NCBI RefSeq assembly: GCF_001447785.1
Contig: NW_015160869.1
Coordinates: 186,001 to 250,000 of the forward strand
DNA length: 64,000 nt
Direction: 5' to 3'
Origin: Gekko japonicus
Taxonomy: Eukaryota
Shown here: one piece after another, positions 1 to 11,996 of the stretch
Numbering within the stretch: the stretch's first letter is position 1
Layout of the letters: every line of letters begins with the position of its first letter
Made by a program: the position numbers and the translations under genes
The notes under the pieces: generated by a model
The model's input: the letters and a program-made list of their open reading frames with translations, nothing else
Database searches by the model: none
Told to the model about the DNA's origin: nothing

Positions 1-904
1 GCGTGCTACTGTCCTCACAGTGTGCGGGGAGGCAAAGAAGGGAAGCCAGCTTCTTTCTCTCATCCTCCTCCTCTCTTCCCCCCATTCCCGCCCAGCAGGG
101 CACATGATGCTACTGCTCCCCTTGGCAGTGGGGCAAGGGGAGCTGGGCTAGTACCGGAGGGCGGGGATGGTGGGGTTTGTCCCCCGGCCAGGAGAACTCC
201 TGCGAGACGCTCTCTGGAGCGACAGAGGGGAGGGCATTGCTGGGCTTGTTGTGCTTCCCCAGTCTGGCTCATCAGCTGTCTTGTGGCAGGAGATGATCAA
301 ACTCTCCCTGTTTTAGCGGCTTGGATCTTGGTGAGGCTGCGGTCCCAGGGACTGCTTGGATTGGGCCCGGCTCCCCAAGTCGGGGCGTGCCAAAGAGCGG
401 GGGTCCAACGTGGTGGCCAGAACTCCTGGGTTGTAATTCGATGAAATGCTCTCCCCCCCCCCGCCACACAGTTCTCCTCATCAGTTCGCCCAGTCTCCTC
501 ATCAGATCGCTGGCCGGTCCCTCCTATTAGCTGGCTCCAGCTCTTTCCCGCCACCCCTGTCACCACCTCCCCTGGGGGTGGCAGCTGGTGTTGTGCAGGG
601 CAGGCTGCCAGCTAAGCACTTTGCAATTACTGGAATCCAGTAAGCCCCGCTCCAGGAGCAAACTGGTGCGCAACTGATTGGATTGGGGGAGGTGGCGCTT
701 GCAGAGCCCCGGCAAGGGTGAAGTCTGGGCGGGGAGGGGAGGGGAGGCTCTTTGGCCACTTCAATGCCATGGGTGGCTTGACTGCTGGCCCAGGAAGAGG
801 GTTAGCGGCAGCTCATACATGAGGGGGGCCCACGAGAGAACCTCGCCGGGGGGCGCCACAAGCTAGCCCCGCCTAGGGCGCAAAAAAACCTCAGTCTGAC
901 CCTG
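1..904. mobile_element. GC-rich non-autonomous DNA-transposon-like repeat (partial; right end ...tctgaccctg)
   Basis: Abrupt GC/CpG-rich block ending in a CCCTG terminus typical of hAT MITEs. The left end lies outside the window. Confidence 0.45.
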
Positions 905-2959
905 GCTGGATCCAACCTATGACCTTCCCAGACTCTGACTTAATTTGGTCTGATCAGGACGGGCTCTAGACTCCCATGTATTTCAGTGGGAGAAGATTAT
1001 GTGCTGTAGATGCAGCATGCCTGCTGAAATAAAGTCCCTCCCCATCTTGAGTATTATGCATCTTAAAATTTGCTTCCTTGTGTCAGTTCTCTCCTTAATA
1101 ACCACCTATTTATTTTTTCATATAATTTATTCTCCTGCCATTCCACACTAAAATCTTCAAGGTGGCTTACATTTCAGAATAGATTGAAACAGGCCAAAGT
1201 AAAAAGAGAGAGAGAAGGGAGAGAGAGAAAAGAGAAAACTGATAAGCAGAATATAGCAGTAGTGATGCATGAAATTGTAAATATTTTAGCTTCATACATA
1301 CTGCAATCCTAAGTGGAGTTATTTCCTTTTAAGTACACTGAAAGCTTAGGATCGTTTAACACTACTTAGGATGGCACTTTTGGCAAAGCCTTACTTCATA
1401 CCTTTCTGAGCTCTTTTCCCAAAAATCCAAATTTAGACAAGTTTTCTATGGTAGTATGATATTATTTTTATACCTCTCACAGTTGTGAATAAGCTAGCAT
1501 TATCCTATCTAGCTAGAGGACATTATTATAAACTGAGTGTACCCTCCCCATCCAGAATGAATGTTTCTACGCTGTTCTTTTTTTTTTCTAGCTTTACAAT
1601 CAGCCTTATTTCTTTTTAAGGCACCAAAGGTTTTTGATTTATCAAAGTGACTTAACTTTGTTTTAATCAGCGGTTAAACCTGTTGCACTTTCTTTGCACA
1701 CACAAGCACAGGTTCTACTCAGCACAGACAGGTACTTAACAGAATGATGGAACTACAAATGCTAAAAAGAACAATTGCTTTTTAACATTTGTGGTTCCAT
1801 GGAATGGTGGCTGCTGTTCCTTGTTTATTAACAGAACAATCAGGGGGCTATTTCAGAGCAATTAGTGCCCATTGAGAAAACATCAGCCAACTGTTCTGAG
1901 GCAATGTAAAGAACCCCTGCTCAGCCAGCATTTACAGCAGTACTGCTACAAATCACAGTGGGACACTTGGTTTGAGCCCCTGAAGGAACTCACATAGTGG
2001 AAGTCCATAATGACATCCCCGGGTCCCAAAAGACAGAAAAGAAAGACAGTGAAGGAATTAAGAAAAATTTAAAAAATAAAATAAAAGAGCCTGTGGGGGG
2101 GACGGGACAGAATAGAATTGTAATAGGAATAGACTTTTGCTCAAGATTCAACAAGCAGTCAGACAAATTTGGTTGTGCCAGGTCATAAAGCTAACCATTG
2201 TACATACCATGGTGCGAATCAAGCAGACAGGCCTGAGCATTTATTTTGCATGCAGGACCAAACAAGGCAGGAGCTAAAATGGCAGAAAAAAGATCCAAAC
2301 GCTCCAGAAATAAATTTCCATGAGGATGAAAGAAAAAAAGAATAAATAGGCCTTGAATTACAGGGTAAATGATCGCAAAAAAACTTTATACGGGAATTAG
2401 GGGAGAACTCATTACAGGAGATGCCATTTTGGGCAGCAGTCACATGAACACAAGAAGCTGCCTTATACTGCATCAGACAGCTGGCCTATCAAGATCAGCA
2501 GCATCTGCGCTGACTGGCAGCAGTTCACCAGGGCCTTTTAACGGGAGATGCTGAGGACTGGATATGGGGCCTTCTGCAAGCAAAGCAGACACACTACCAC
2601 TGAACTCTGCCCCAACTAAATATAAAAAGAAAGTCCCCTCACCATAAAATCAACACCCAGGCCAAACCCCTGAACCTAGAAATATGAAATTTGGGGGAGA
2701 GCACTCCTACCATGACGTAGATGCTCACTAAGAAGGGAGTTTTAGAAATGTGACACCTAAGGGGGTCAAAAGGGGGGAAATGTGCTCTCCCCCATTGCTT
2801 CCTATGTGGCTGCCGGGCTGCTGCTTCCTTGCACCCCCCACTCTCTGATTGTTTAGCTGCAGAGCTCAGTGTTCTGAGGTTAAAAAACAATTACAGGAGA
2901 CTGCAGAGAGCTAATGACAGTTGAGGAAATCAGGAATGGCCAACCACCTGCGAGTTGCA

Positions 2960-3800
2960 GGAACACAGCTGACCCAGCCTTCCCAATGGCTTCAGACTCG
3001 CTCCCCCCACCACCTACACCTGACAGGCAGCTGTCTGTCAGGTGCAGGGGCGGGTGCAGGGTGCTTAATAGCATTAGGGAGCCAGCCCAGCCTCCACAAT
3101 GTCTTGCAATACCCTTCCCCCTCCCCCTCCGACACTGGACAGGCAGCTCCTGTTAGGTGTAGGAGAGGGGGTGGGATGCTTACAGCCATCAAGGAGGCTT
3201 GCTCAGCAGGATTGCCTTAGCACTGCTACTGACCCAGCCTCACCAATGCCTTTAAACACACTTCCCGCAACACAAGACAGGCGGGTGTCAGGTGTAGGAG
3301 CAGGGCCAGGATACTTTAATCCATCAGGGAAGCTACCCAAGCAGAAACACCTTAGCAATGCTGCTGAGCCAGCCTCCCCAATGGCTTTAGACACACTCCA
3401 ACACACCCCTCCTCCACCTGACAGGCAGTTGTCTGTCAGGAGCAGGGGCAGAGCATTGAAATCCATTGGGGAGGCTGCCCAAGCAGCATCTCCTAAGCAG
3501 TCCTGCTGGCCCAGCCTCCCCGATGCCTTCAGACACGCTACTCCTCCTACATCTGACGGGCCACTACCTGTCAAGGTTAGGAAGGGACATGGAGTCCTTA
3601 AAGCTATAGGGGAGGCTTGCTTAGCAGGATTTCCTTATCACTGCTGCTGACTTAGCCTCCCTGATGCCTTTAAACACAATCCCCCCCCTTACACCAGACA
3701 GGCAAGTGTTTGTCATGTGTAGGAGCAGGGTCAAGGTGCTTTAATCCATCAGGGAGGCTGCCCCAGCAGGATCACCTTAGTGATGCTGTTGGCCCAGCTT
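2960..3800. repeat. Degenerate ~140-bp tandem array (~6 units), each unit an imperfect hairpin
   Basis: Anchor ctg(a/g)cccagcct recurs at about 2969, 3085, 3229, 3364, 3506, 3647 and 3788. Each unit folds around cctgacaggcag/ctgtctgtcagg. Confidence 0.85.
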
Positions 3801-4335
3801 AACCACACTCCCACCCACTATGGAAATATATCCCAAATTTGTAGAAAAGTGCTTTTTTGTGTTAGGTTATTTAACTTCTCACAATGTGGGTTCTAGAAAA
3901 TTGGTTCATATGAACTTGCTCAGTATCTTATTGCTCAGATATTGTTTTGAATACGTAGTTATGTCCCAATTCTTAAATGTAACATAAATGAGAAGCATTT
4001 TTGTTTAAAAAGTATGCCCTGCCCCCCCCCATCCAATGCCCAGGCCAAACTCCTGCACCAAGAAACCCAAAATAAGGTGAGTGCATTCCTACCATGATGT
4101 CAGCCCCCCCAAGAAATTTCGGAGAAACCTGACCCCTAAGGGGGTTAAAAAAAAAAGGGCAAAATGTGTTTCCCCATTGGTCAATTGTGTAGCTCGTTCT
4201 GAGGTAAAACCTGCCTGCTTGCACCCAACTCCCTCTGATTACTCAGCGGTGGATCTCAATGTTCTGAGTAAGAACACAGTTAAAAGAGACTGCAGACAGT
4301 TGAGGACAGTTACAGAAATCAGCGATTCAAGACTT

Positions 4336-4400
4336 CTGAATAGACATTTCTTATAACAAGTCAAGTCAAGTTTATTAATACGGTCAAGCGACCAGCCAAT
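4336..4400 (-). mobile_element. 3' end of a non-LTR retroelement (family unassigned)
   Basis: Reverse complement reads ggtcgcttgaccgtattAATAAActtgacttgacttg: a small stem-loop, a polyA signal and a tandem-repeat tail. Confidence 0.5.
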
Positions 4401-6829
4401 AGAACGATTCCAAGAATAATAATAAAATACACAATAAATACATAAGTAGCTAGTAAATACATATAACGAATATATATAAAACCTTTAAACGAATACAGGA
4501 ACAATACAATATATCATTGAAACACACCAATACAACGCTAATTTGAGCCAGCATGGCAATTGAGTTTATGAATGTTCATGGGGAGATAGTAAAGGACCTT
4601 TCTAGGAGTCTGCTACAGAGTGAGCTCACCAAGTAGCCTGGTGATCCTAGCACCTGAGGGCAGAACCACCACTGTGGTCTACAGAGCGGTCCTTTGGTAG
4701 AGGGGGGGGAGTATGTATGCCTCACTTCATCCTTTACACTACAGTTTTCTCATTAGAATTCCTACAATAAATGTTACCTTTCAAACTTCACATCATCAGT
4801 ATTATAACTGGATTTATGGAATTTAAATACCATAGTGAAGCACGGGTATCAGGCTAGTGTCATATCTAATTCTTCTTGAAATGGAGCATTGTGTAGAATG
4901 TGGTTCCAAGTTGCACAGACATAACAAACATTGGTTTTGAACTGGTGGGTGAGAGCACAAAAAGATTGCAGCAGCTTAACCTAAAGTAGTAGAATGGGCT
5001 TGATTTAGCCAAAATTTAGCACTTTTTAAAGTCCTGTTGGTTGGAAGAACATAGGGGAGTGCAAGGACATGCTTAAATTTAATGGGACTTTATCTTTGAC
5101 GGAGAGAAATAATTAAAACAATAATACTATTTAGATTTTTCAGGATAATTTTTTGAAACTGTCATCAGGTGTGCTTTTATTTCTAAGGCCAGATTTTTGG
5201 TAAGTTAGATGAAGGCAAATTGTCTTTATTACTACTTATACAGTACAGACTTAATCAAGAATATAGGCAGTGAGTACATCACATAATTGAAAGTGATTTG
5301 GTAAGAAATCTGTCCTAGTTGCACTAGCATTTCAAAATTATAATCCTGTCTTTGATGCTTTCTCTGTAGCTTTCAGAATTTGGAATATGTGGGAAAGATG
5401 CAACACTTTCCTATTTACATGATAACAGCTCAGAGGTTTGAAATGATTCTAGTTTTAAAATGGATGCAGAATGTAACAGTTTTTCTAAAGAACAAATCAA
5501 TGTGTGTGGCAGAGGTTTAATTATTAGCATAATCTTATTAAAATAAATGTAACTTCTGAAGCTGAGCCACTTGAAATGCATCCTTTACAAAACATTTGCT
5601 ACTTTGTGTGACTACATTGGAGAGTTGGTGTAACTACACGCTGTATGATGCTTCTAGGGAAGTTCAGAGTAAATAATATCTAGCAGCCAAGTAAGATGAG
5701 GAGACAGAGCACCAATATGGACCCCACTCTGACATCTGAGATCGTGGTTAAAACACCATTGGATTAGGTATTGTTTTCTTTTCCACATGGAGTAATCAAG
5801 CATGTTTACAAAGGCAGTAGATGAAAACTAGGGACTTAGTGAGGGTGGCACAGCAGATAACTCAGAGATGTCATTAGTTTTAGTGCCAAAAGTGTGAGAT
5901 GTAAACATTTTAAACTGTGTGGATATGGCATCGGCAGCACTCAGGTCGAGTAAGACCCAGCCTGCTGTTTGACAGCAAAGCACCCTCCTTATTCTCACCA
6001 ATGAAGGGTGCAGTCTCGGAAAAGCTGTGATTGAACAAATGGAGGTCGCTTGCCAGCTGTATTTCTTGGGATGCACCCAACAACTGCCAAAGGATAGCTG
6101 TTCCATATCTAGGATGGATTAACTCTGATTAGCCCAGTAATCCATTGAAAATATGCTGTTCCATTCTACCCAGAACTGCAGTGCGAATTGGTAGGCATAT
6201 TTGGAGAGAGCTGGTTTGTGTGTTAATCAGCCATTCTGTTCTGCTCATCCACATTTAATGAAATAGGTTTTGAAATGTCTGAAAGCCAATTTGCATGAAT
6301 AATTGTGTTGCATCTCATGCAATTACTTCAAGCATTGCCACAGAGGAAAGCTTGAAAGGCACAAAGAAAGAGCAGCAACACTTCTGCTGTTGGCAAGAAG
6401 GCTGTTGGGGCATGCCATAAAGACGTGGATGTCCTTAGGTGAAGTCATTGATAGGGGGAAGTAAATTTTTGAGAGTTGCTAAGCTGCCTGGTTGATTATG
6501 CGAAAATTAGATGGGGTTTTCTGCCTTAGCATCTCAGTAAGCACATGCAGAGGATAGTCAGCTCACCTCTCCCCCCGCCCGGTGGTTTCATTTTATGTAG
6601 GATGCTTTGTACCCTGCTGGATCTTCTGCAGCACAGTTCTTTGTTGCTGAAGCTAAATTCTGGGCACAAGCAAAACCTGAGCTTGCTCTTGGAGGGGAAA
6701 CATCTGTAAAAAGTGATGCTCAGAACAAAAGGAAAAATAAGTTTGAGGGAAAGAAGAATGCTCAAGATTGCAGCAGCACAGACATTTTGATGCAATAATT
6801 CAGAGTAAGAGGTGTCAGTTATCAGACAC

Positions 6830-7032
6830 CGTTAAATAAACAAAATATTGCAAGGGGGCTGATGTTTTAAGCATGTTTTTATTTTAAGATAAAAGCCCTT
6901 TGTGTTTGTGTCCTTTATAAAGTTTATATCTTCGCTACCTGGCATTACATTTTATGACATACATGGCCTGGCTCAACAAGGTCTCATTTATGTCAGATCC
7001 GGCCCTCATAACAAATGAGTTCGACACCCCTG
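6830..7032. mobile_element. hAT-type MITE fragment
   Basis: Ends ...ggccctcataacaaatgagttcgacacccctg, a CAGGGGTGTC-type terminal repeat. The left end is unclear. Confidence 0.55.
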
Positions 7033-7033
7033 G

Positions 7034-7228
7034 TTTAAGGTGTAAGCTTTCATGTGCAAACACACTTCCTCAGACAAATTGAAACAAAATGTCTTCAAGT
7101 TTTATATACAATAAGGGGGGGGGGGTTAAGCTTACACCTTAAATGACATGTTGTTGGTCTTAAAAATGCGATTGGACTCAAACTTTGTCCTGCTACTTCA
7201 GACCAATGTGGCGACCCATCTGAATCTA
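7034..7228. mobile_element. Penelope-like pseudo-LTR remnant in inverted arrangement, with hammerhead motif
   Basis: Inverted ttaaggtgtaagctt / aagcttacaccttaa. The tail ggtcttaaa...ggactcaaactttg...tcagaccaa...atctgaatcta is shared with copies at 17130-17380 and 38029-38158. Confidence 0.7.
7041..7076 (-). ncRNA. Minimal type-I hammerhead ribozyme motif (Penelope type)
   Basis: Minus strand: UGU-CUGAGGA-A-GUGUG(UUUG)CACAU-GAAA-GC-UU-ACA. This has both core boxes, stem II, a 3-bp stem I and a palindromic AAGCUU in place of stem III. Confidence 0.65.
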
Positions 7229-7499
7229 TTGTTATAATGGAGACATTGTTGTGCATGGCATGCTTAGTCACCCATCCCACTATCATCCCTGTTTGCAGGT
7301 GTTATGTATATTTTAATGCTCTCATTTAGGTATTGGGGAAGGGGATATACATCAACCTGGTTCTTCTGGGCATCTCTAGTTAAAACAAGCTCAATCCTCC
7401 CTGGCCCATGTGCATAAGCTGCCACTGAGACCCAAAGAAGAAAAGTGTTTGCATCCTGGATACTTTGCATGCTTTTCTTGGGAGGAGCCATGGCTTACT

Positions 7500-8017
7500 A
7501 ATTATTTTTTTTAGTTCCTTTGCACCCTGCCTTTCTCCCCAGTGGAGAGCCAAAGCAGCTTACATTGTTCTCCTCCCCTCCATTTTATCGTCACAAAAAC
7601 CTTGTTGTGGTAGTTTAAGCTGAGAGTGTGTGACTGGACTAAATTAGGGCTGCCAAGCCGCGGCAGGGGATCCGCACGTCTTCACAGGATCCCTGCTGTG
7701 GGGGACAGCGATACGCGTTGCACCGCCGTTGCCAGGATATGACATCCTGGCGACGGCGGTGCAATGCGTATTGCTGTCCCCCGCGGCAGGGATCCTGTGA
7801 AGACGTGCGGATCCCCCGCCACAGCTTGGCAGCCCTAGACTAAATTCAGTGGGGGTTCAATTCTAAAGACATTTTGCTGGGAGTAGACCCCATTGAACCT
7901 ACTTCTGAGTAGACCGGCTTAGGCTTGCTGCACCACTGAGTTTCCGTGGCATGGGGGGGGGGGGGTTTGGGCCAGATCCTAGTTTAGCAATCTAGCCACT
8001 ACACCACACTGGCTCTC
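7500..8017 (-). mobile_element. Old tRNA-derived SINE (Squam3/MIR-like) interrupted by MITE insertions
   Basis: Reverse complement begins gagagccagtgtggtgtagtgg (A box). The body resembles other copies in the window and is split at 7645-7935. Confidence 0.65.
7645..7837. mobile_element. Fully palindromic 193-bp hAT-type MITE
   Basis: TAGGGCTGCCAAG...CTTGGCAGCCCTA. The whole element is self-complementary, with a perfect 8-bp TSD GACTAAAT (7637-7644, 7838-7845). Confidence 0.92.
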
Positions 8018-9111
8018 ATTTATGTCAGTTTCAGTGGTGATAGTATCTTCTGCACAAAAGACCTCTGCTGGATTTAGGTATGTTTATAATTCCAAGAAGA
8101 AGAAAAATAATGGTTTGCTTTTAGGCGATATTTAAATAGCTCTTCTTTCACTTTAATATAAAAATAAATGGACGAGCCCATTGATCTATAAAGCTGTGCA
8201 ACATAGAGAAACATAAGCAAATAAATTGATTTTTTCCCCAGTCCCCAGTTACCTGAAGCCTTAAGTTATTGTGACAGCAATTTGCAGAGCTTCCCGTTGT
8301 ATGATAAGCTGCAGATATTGTGCAGCCAGTGATGGGAATCTACATGCTTGTCCTCAGCTGCATGTTGAGAACCACAATGAGGATCATAGATATTCTCCTA
8401 AACTATTGCTATAGCAACATTGTAAGAATTTCCAAGCTCTGTTTCCCTTGGGTTCACACCTGCAGTTCATTTCATTTATGCAACAAAATGCCTTCCTATA
8501 TAAAATCCAGTGTATTGGTGCAGGTAGAAGCCTGAGGATTTGTGTGTGCGTGTGTGAGCGCGCGCACACGCACGCGCAAAAGAGCAGGCTGTTTTAAAAA
8601 TCAGATTTTGTTTTTTGGCCAACCTGGTTTGAATCAACCAACAACTGCTTAGGGGAATATGTTTACCATGCTCCCAGTTTTCAGAAGTGGTTATGGAAAA
8701 TAGCCGCTTCATAATCAGGGCTCTGTGAATCTCCTTCATACACGAGTCCCCTGGATTCCTGGGAAGTTCCCACGTGACTCCAGTGCTGACAGTTCTCACG
8801 TGATACAGTGTCATTGCCGACTGTAAATTCTCACTGCTTATTCAGTATTTAAGTTTGAAAATATTTGAATGGTCTGTTTAATAAAGACATGCCCTGCCAG
8901 GTCACTGGTACTGCATAGGAAAAAACCAATAAACTCCAAATTCTGCCATGGTCTACCATGCCATGTCACCATCTACCAAGCTTACCTGTAACCTGGCATG
9001 TTGCATTCTTGACTTTCCTCTGACCCACCACATTCTTCTGTGGCTTCTTCACAAGCAATCTCCAGACTCAGTCTCTTGACTCCACATTTGCTTCTGTTCT
9101 AGCTGTTCTAA

Positions 9112-9360
9112 AGAGCCAATTTGGTGTAGTGGTCAAGAGCGGCGGTGTCTGATCTGGAGAACCATGTTTGATTCCCCACTCCTCCACATGAAGCCAGCTG
9201 GGTGACCTTGGGTCAGTCACAGCTCTCTCAGAGCTCTCTCAGCCACACCTACCTCACAGGGTGTCTATTGCAGGGAGAGGAAGGAAAGGTGATTGTAAGC
9301 CGCTCCAAGACTCCTTCGGGTAGTGAAGGGTAGAGTATAAAACCAACTCTTATTCTTCTT
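9112..9360 (+). mobile_element. Full-length tRNA-derived SINE (Squam3-like)
   Basis: A box tggtgtagtgg, B box gtttgattcc, body cctacctcacagggtg...gtaagccgct, (CTT)-type tail. Confidence 0.85.
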
Positions 9361-11717
9361 CACATCTGGCTAGCAGGATCTAGAAAACAACAGCTGACAC
9401 AACCATATAGGATCTGTCTGCTTAAAGGTACTGTTTTTTAATTAATTCAGATGGTCACAGACCAGGCTCTGGCACTGAAAACAGGTTCCTGGGCTAACTG
9501 TTGGTGAGCCCTGGCAAAAACATAGTAATTGAGAGACGGGGGGGGGGGGGTTTGGGGGGGGAAATGATTTCACTCCTGGCTGTCCAAGCCTGAAAAGGAA
9601 CTGTTGCCTGATGCTCTGTGCCTGCCCAAGAAGCCTCTCCTCCAGAGGTGTAGGAAGTCGTGTAAGCCCAAATTTTAGAGGTGACGTTCTGGCAGTATTA
9701 TCAGTAGCAGAATTTTCCTTAATTTGACCTTTCTCACTGGATGATACATATTGTGAAAGTAGAGGGTTTTTGTTGGGGAGGGGTTGGGTTTTTTTGTTGT
9801 ACTGAGATTTGAGATTGTTGTGTTTTTAGAGGCATAAGCCAGTTTGAATCTGCTATGCTGGAGAAAAGGGGGATAAAAGTATTATAAATACATTTAAATA
9901 AATAAATTGTCCATAACTGTGTCATGTGCTTCAACTTGTCCCTGTTAGCCAGAGACAGCTCCCAGTCTCAAATAAGTGTGCCAGATAGTTCAGTCTCTAT
10001 TTTGTCACTGAGAGAGATGCTGGGTGTGCTTTATAGAATAAATAAATAATGGATTTTCTTTCCTTCTACTCTGTTAGTGAATTGATCTTAAAAACAGCAA
10101 CAATACTGTGCTTCAGAAGCCTGTGCATGATAGGCTGTTGCACCAGTGAGCTGCACTTAAAGGTGCAGCAACTAGTTAAAAGTGGGCAAACCCATACATT
10201 CAGCAAGCCAAGATGAGAGTTCAGCCATGTGCAGTAGTTGAAGCAATATTTGCAGCCAAGGGAACCTGAGAGAAGAGAGATGTTAAATGACACGAGTGCC
10301 TCTGTTTTCATCTGTGAAATGTCAGAAGAATACTTGATGCCTTTGTTCCCCTGTGGATTTGCTTGGGTCAAACAAAACCTGTGAATGCTTCGAATTGGTA
10401 TCTGTCACTTCCTGTATCAAACCATTTCTCAGATTTTTTTTCCAGTTATGATCCTATTCAAGATAAATAATTTTTTTTTAAGTATCAGGTGATTTAGCTT
10501 TGAAATGGAACAGATTCACAGAAGCATCTTCCATTAGATACAATTTTCTATATTGAAAAAATAAAATAAAATTAAAATCTCTCTTTGTGGAATTGAAACT
10601 CTATCCTTTTTGATGGGAGAAAAGAGTAGGTTTCTTTGTTTTGTTTTGTTTGCTAAGTTGCCTTTGGATCCTGGCAGTACTGATTTTGAGAGCAAAAGAG
10701 AGAGAGAGAAATAGCAACACTTCATCTTCTAGGTTTAGTTTGTTAGCCTCCTAGCAAGTATGGAAACAGATTGGTGAGCACAAAATCCAGCACACAAACT
10801 GGTCTTTTGAGAAACATTTAAGAGCCAATTAAGATGCCTTCCAACATTTCACAGCTGAAATTAGGGGCACACTCTTGAACACCTGAATCTTTATACCAAG
10901 GAAATACAGCCCAACCCATGCCCACCACCAATACTCTTCCCTCCATTCAGCCCTAGACTGTTTTAAAATCCAAGAAGGCATTTGTTCATTAGGTGTGCAA
11001 GTAAAATCTCTTGTCTTTCACGTTGTTATCAGTTGTTAAAAATGAGATCTTGGTTGTGCAAGACAGGCATGTGGCATAAAGATGCAGCCAGCTCCACTCA
11101 GAAATTTAACTTCCAGACACTCCAGGGAAGAAACTGAACCCTAAAAAATGACAAGACAAGCAAATTGTCCTCACACAATTTTAACAAGGCATGTGTAAAA
11201 GGTAAAAATAGAGGGCAGTGATTTGCCAGGGACAGTGACCAGAAAATAAAGACTATTTCAGGTAAGGAGAGGCAGTTCTAATGTATGAAATTCTTTCTTT
11301 GCGGTATGTGTGTTGTCCTTGCCAAAATCAAATGCAACAGATTTCGAAGCAGGGTGTCAAATAAGCTTTCCAAATGGCTGATTTGAAATACAGCTTAAAA
11401 AATTCTTTAATCCAAGTGCATTTTTAACTGGGAGGGGGGCTGTTATGATGAAATAAAAGCTTGATTAAACTAACAAGTCCAAACACCTGTGTGCAAAACT
11501 TTCCAGTAGCAGAAGCCATTTCATCAAATATGTGTTTTACCAAAGCAGCAGGCCTAATGAAGCTCGCACTTCTAATTGGAAGGCAATTAAATGTGTTCTC
11601 CTTTTCAGGGCATGTATGTCTAACACCCATTAGCATTAATGGGAGTTACACGTGCAGAAAGAATGGGTACCAAACACTCGTTGCTTACAAATGCCTCCAA
11701 GTATTTCACATAAACTA

Positions 11718-11807
11718 ACAGGGCAGTCTTAAACAGAGTTGCATCCTTCTAAGTCCATTGAAGTCAATGGCTTCAGGAGGGTGTAACTCTATTTAGGATT
11801 GTGCTGT
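11718..11807. mobile_element. ~90-bp palindromic MITE (gcaatcctaa...ccattga...ttaggattgc family)
   Basis: Imperfect hairpin. Related copies at about 1300-1378, 7850-7932, 16435-16510, 29852-30340 (split by CR1), 53774-53860 and 63435-63520. Confidence 0.7.
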
Positions 11808-11996
11808 ATGCTCCATATTGCACTTCACTCCCCTATAATGCACCCACCTCACAACTCAGTGTAGACCTTCCTTCCACAGATACAAGCGGTAACTCTCAAT
11901 GAAGAAAACAGCCCTACAGAGGGGAAGTGAGAGAATGCATAAACCCACTGAAGGTCTCTGAAAGATTGCTACTAGTCCTAGGTGCAAGCATTGTAG

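Noticed and set aside
22-866. Several overlapping GC-rich ORFs
   Set aside because: No recognisable domain; explained by low stop-codon frequency in a GC-rich repeat.
3099-3650. 183-aa ORF and CRISPR-like periodicity
   Set aside because: The ORF is a translation of a tandem repeat. The units are mutually homologous with no unique spacers, there are no cas genes, and the context is vertebrate.
8529-8590. CTGAGGA followed by a hairpin (possible hammerhead or pre-miRNA)
   Set aside because: The stem is a (TG)n/(CA)n-type microsatellite and no GAAA box is correctly placed.
11200-11267. Strong donor CAG|GTAAGG
   Set aside because: In-frame TAA just upstream and no supportable ORF or acceptor.
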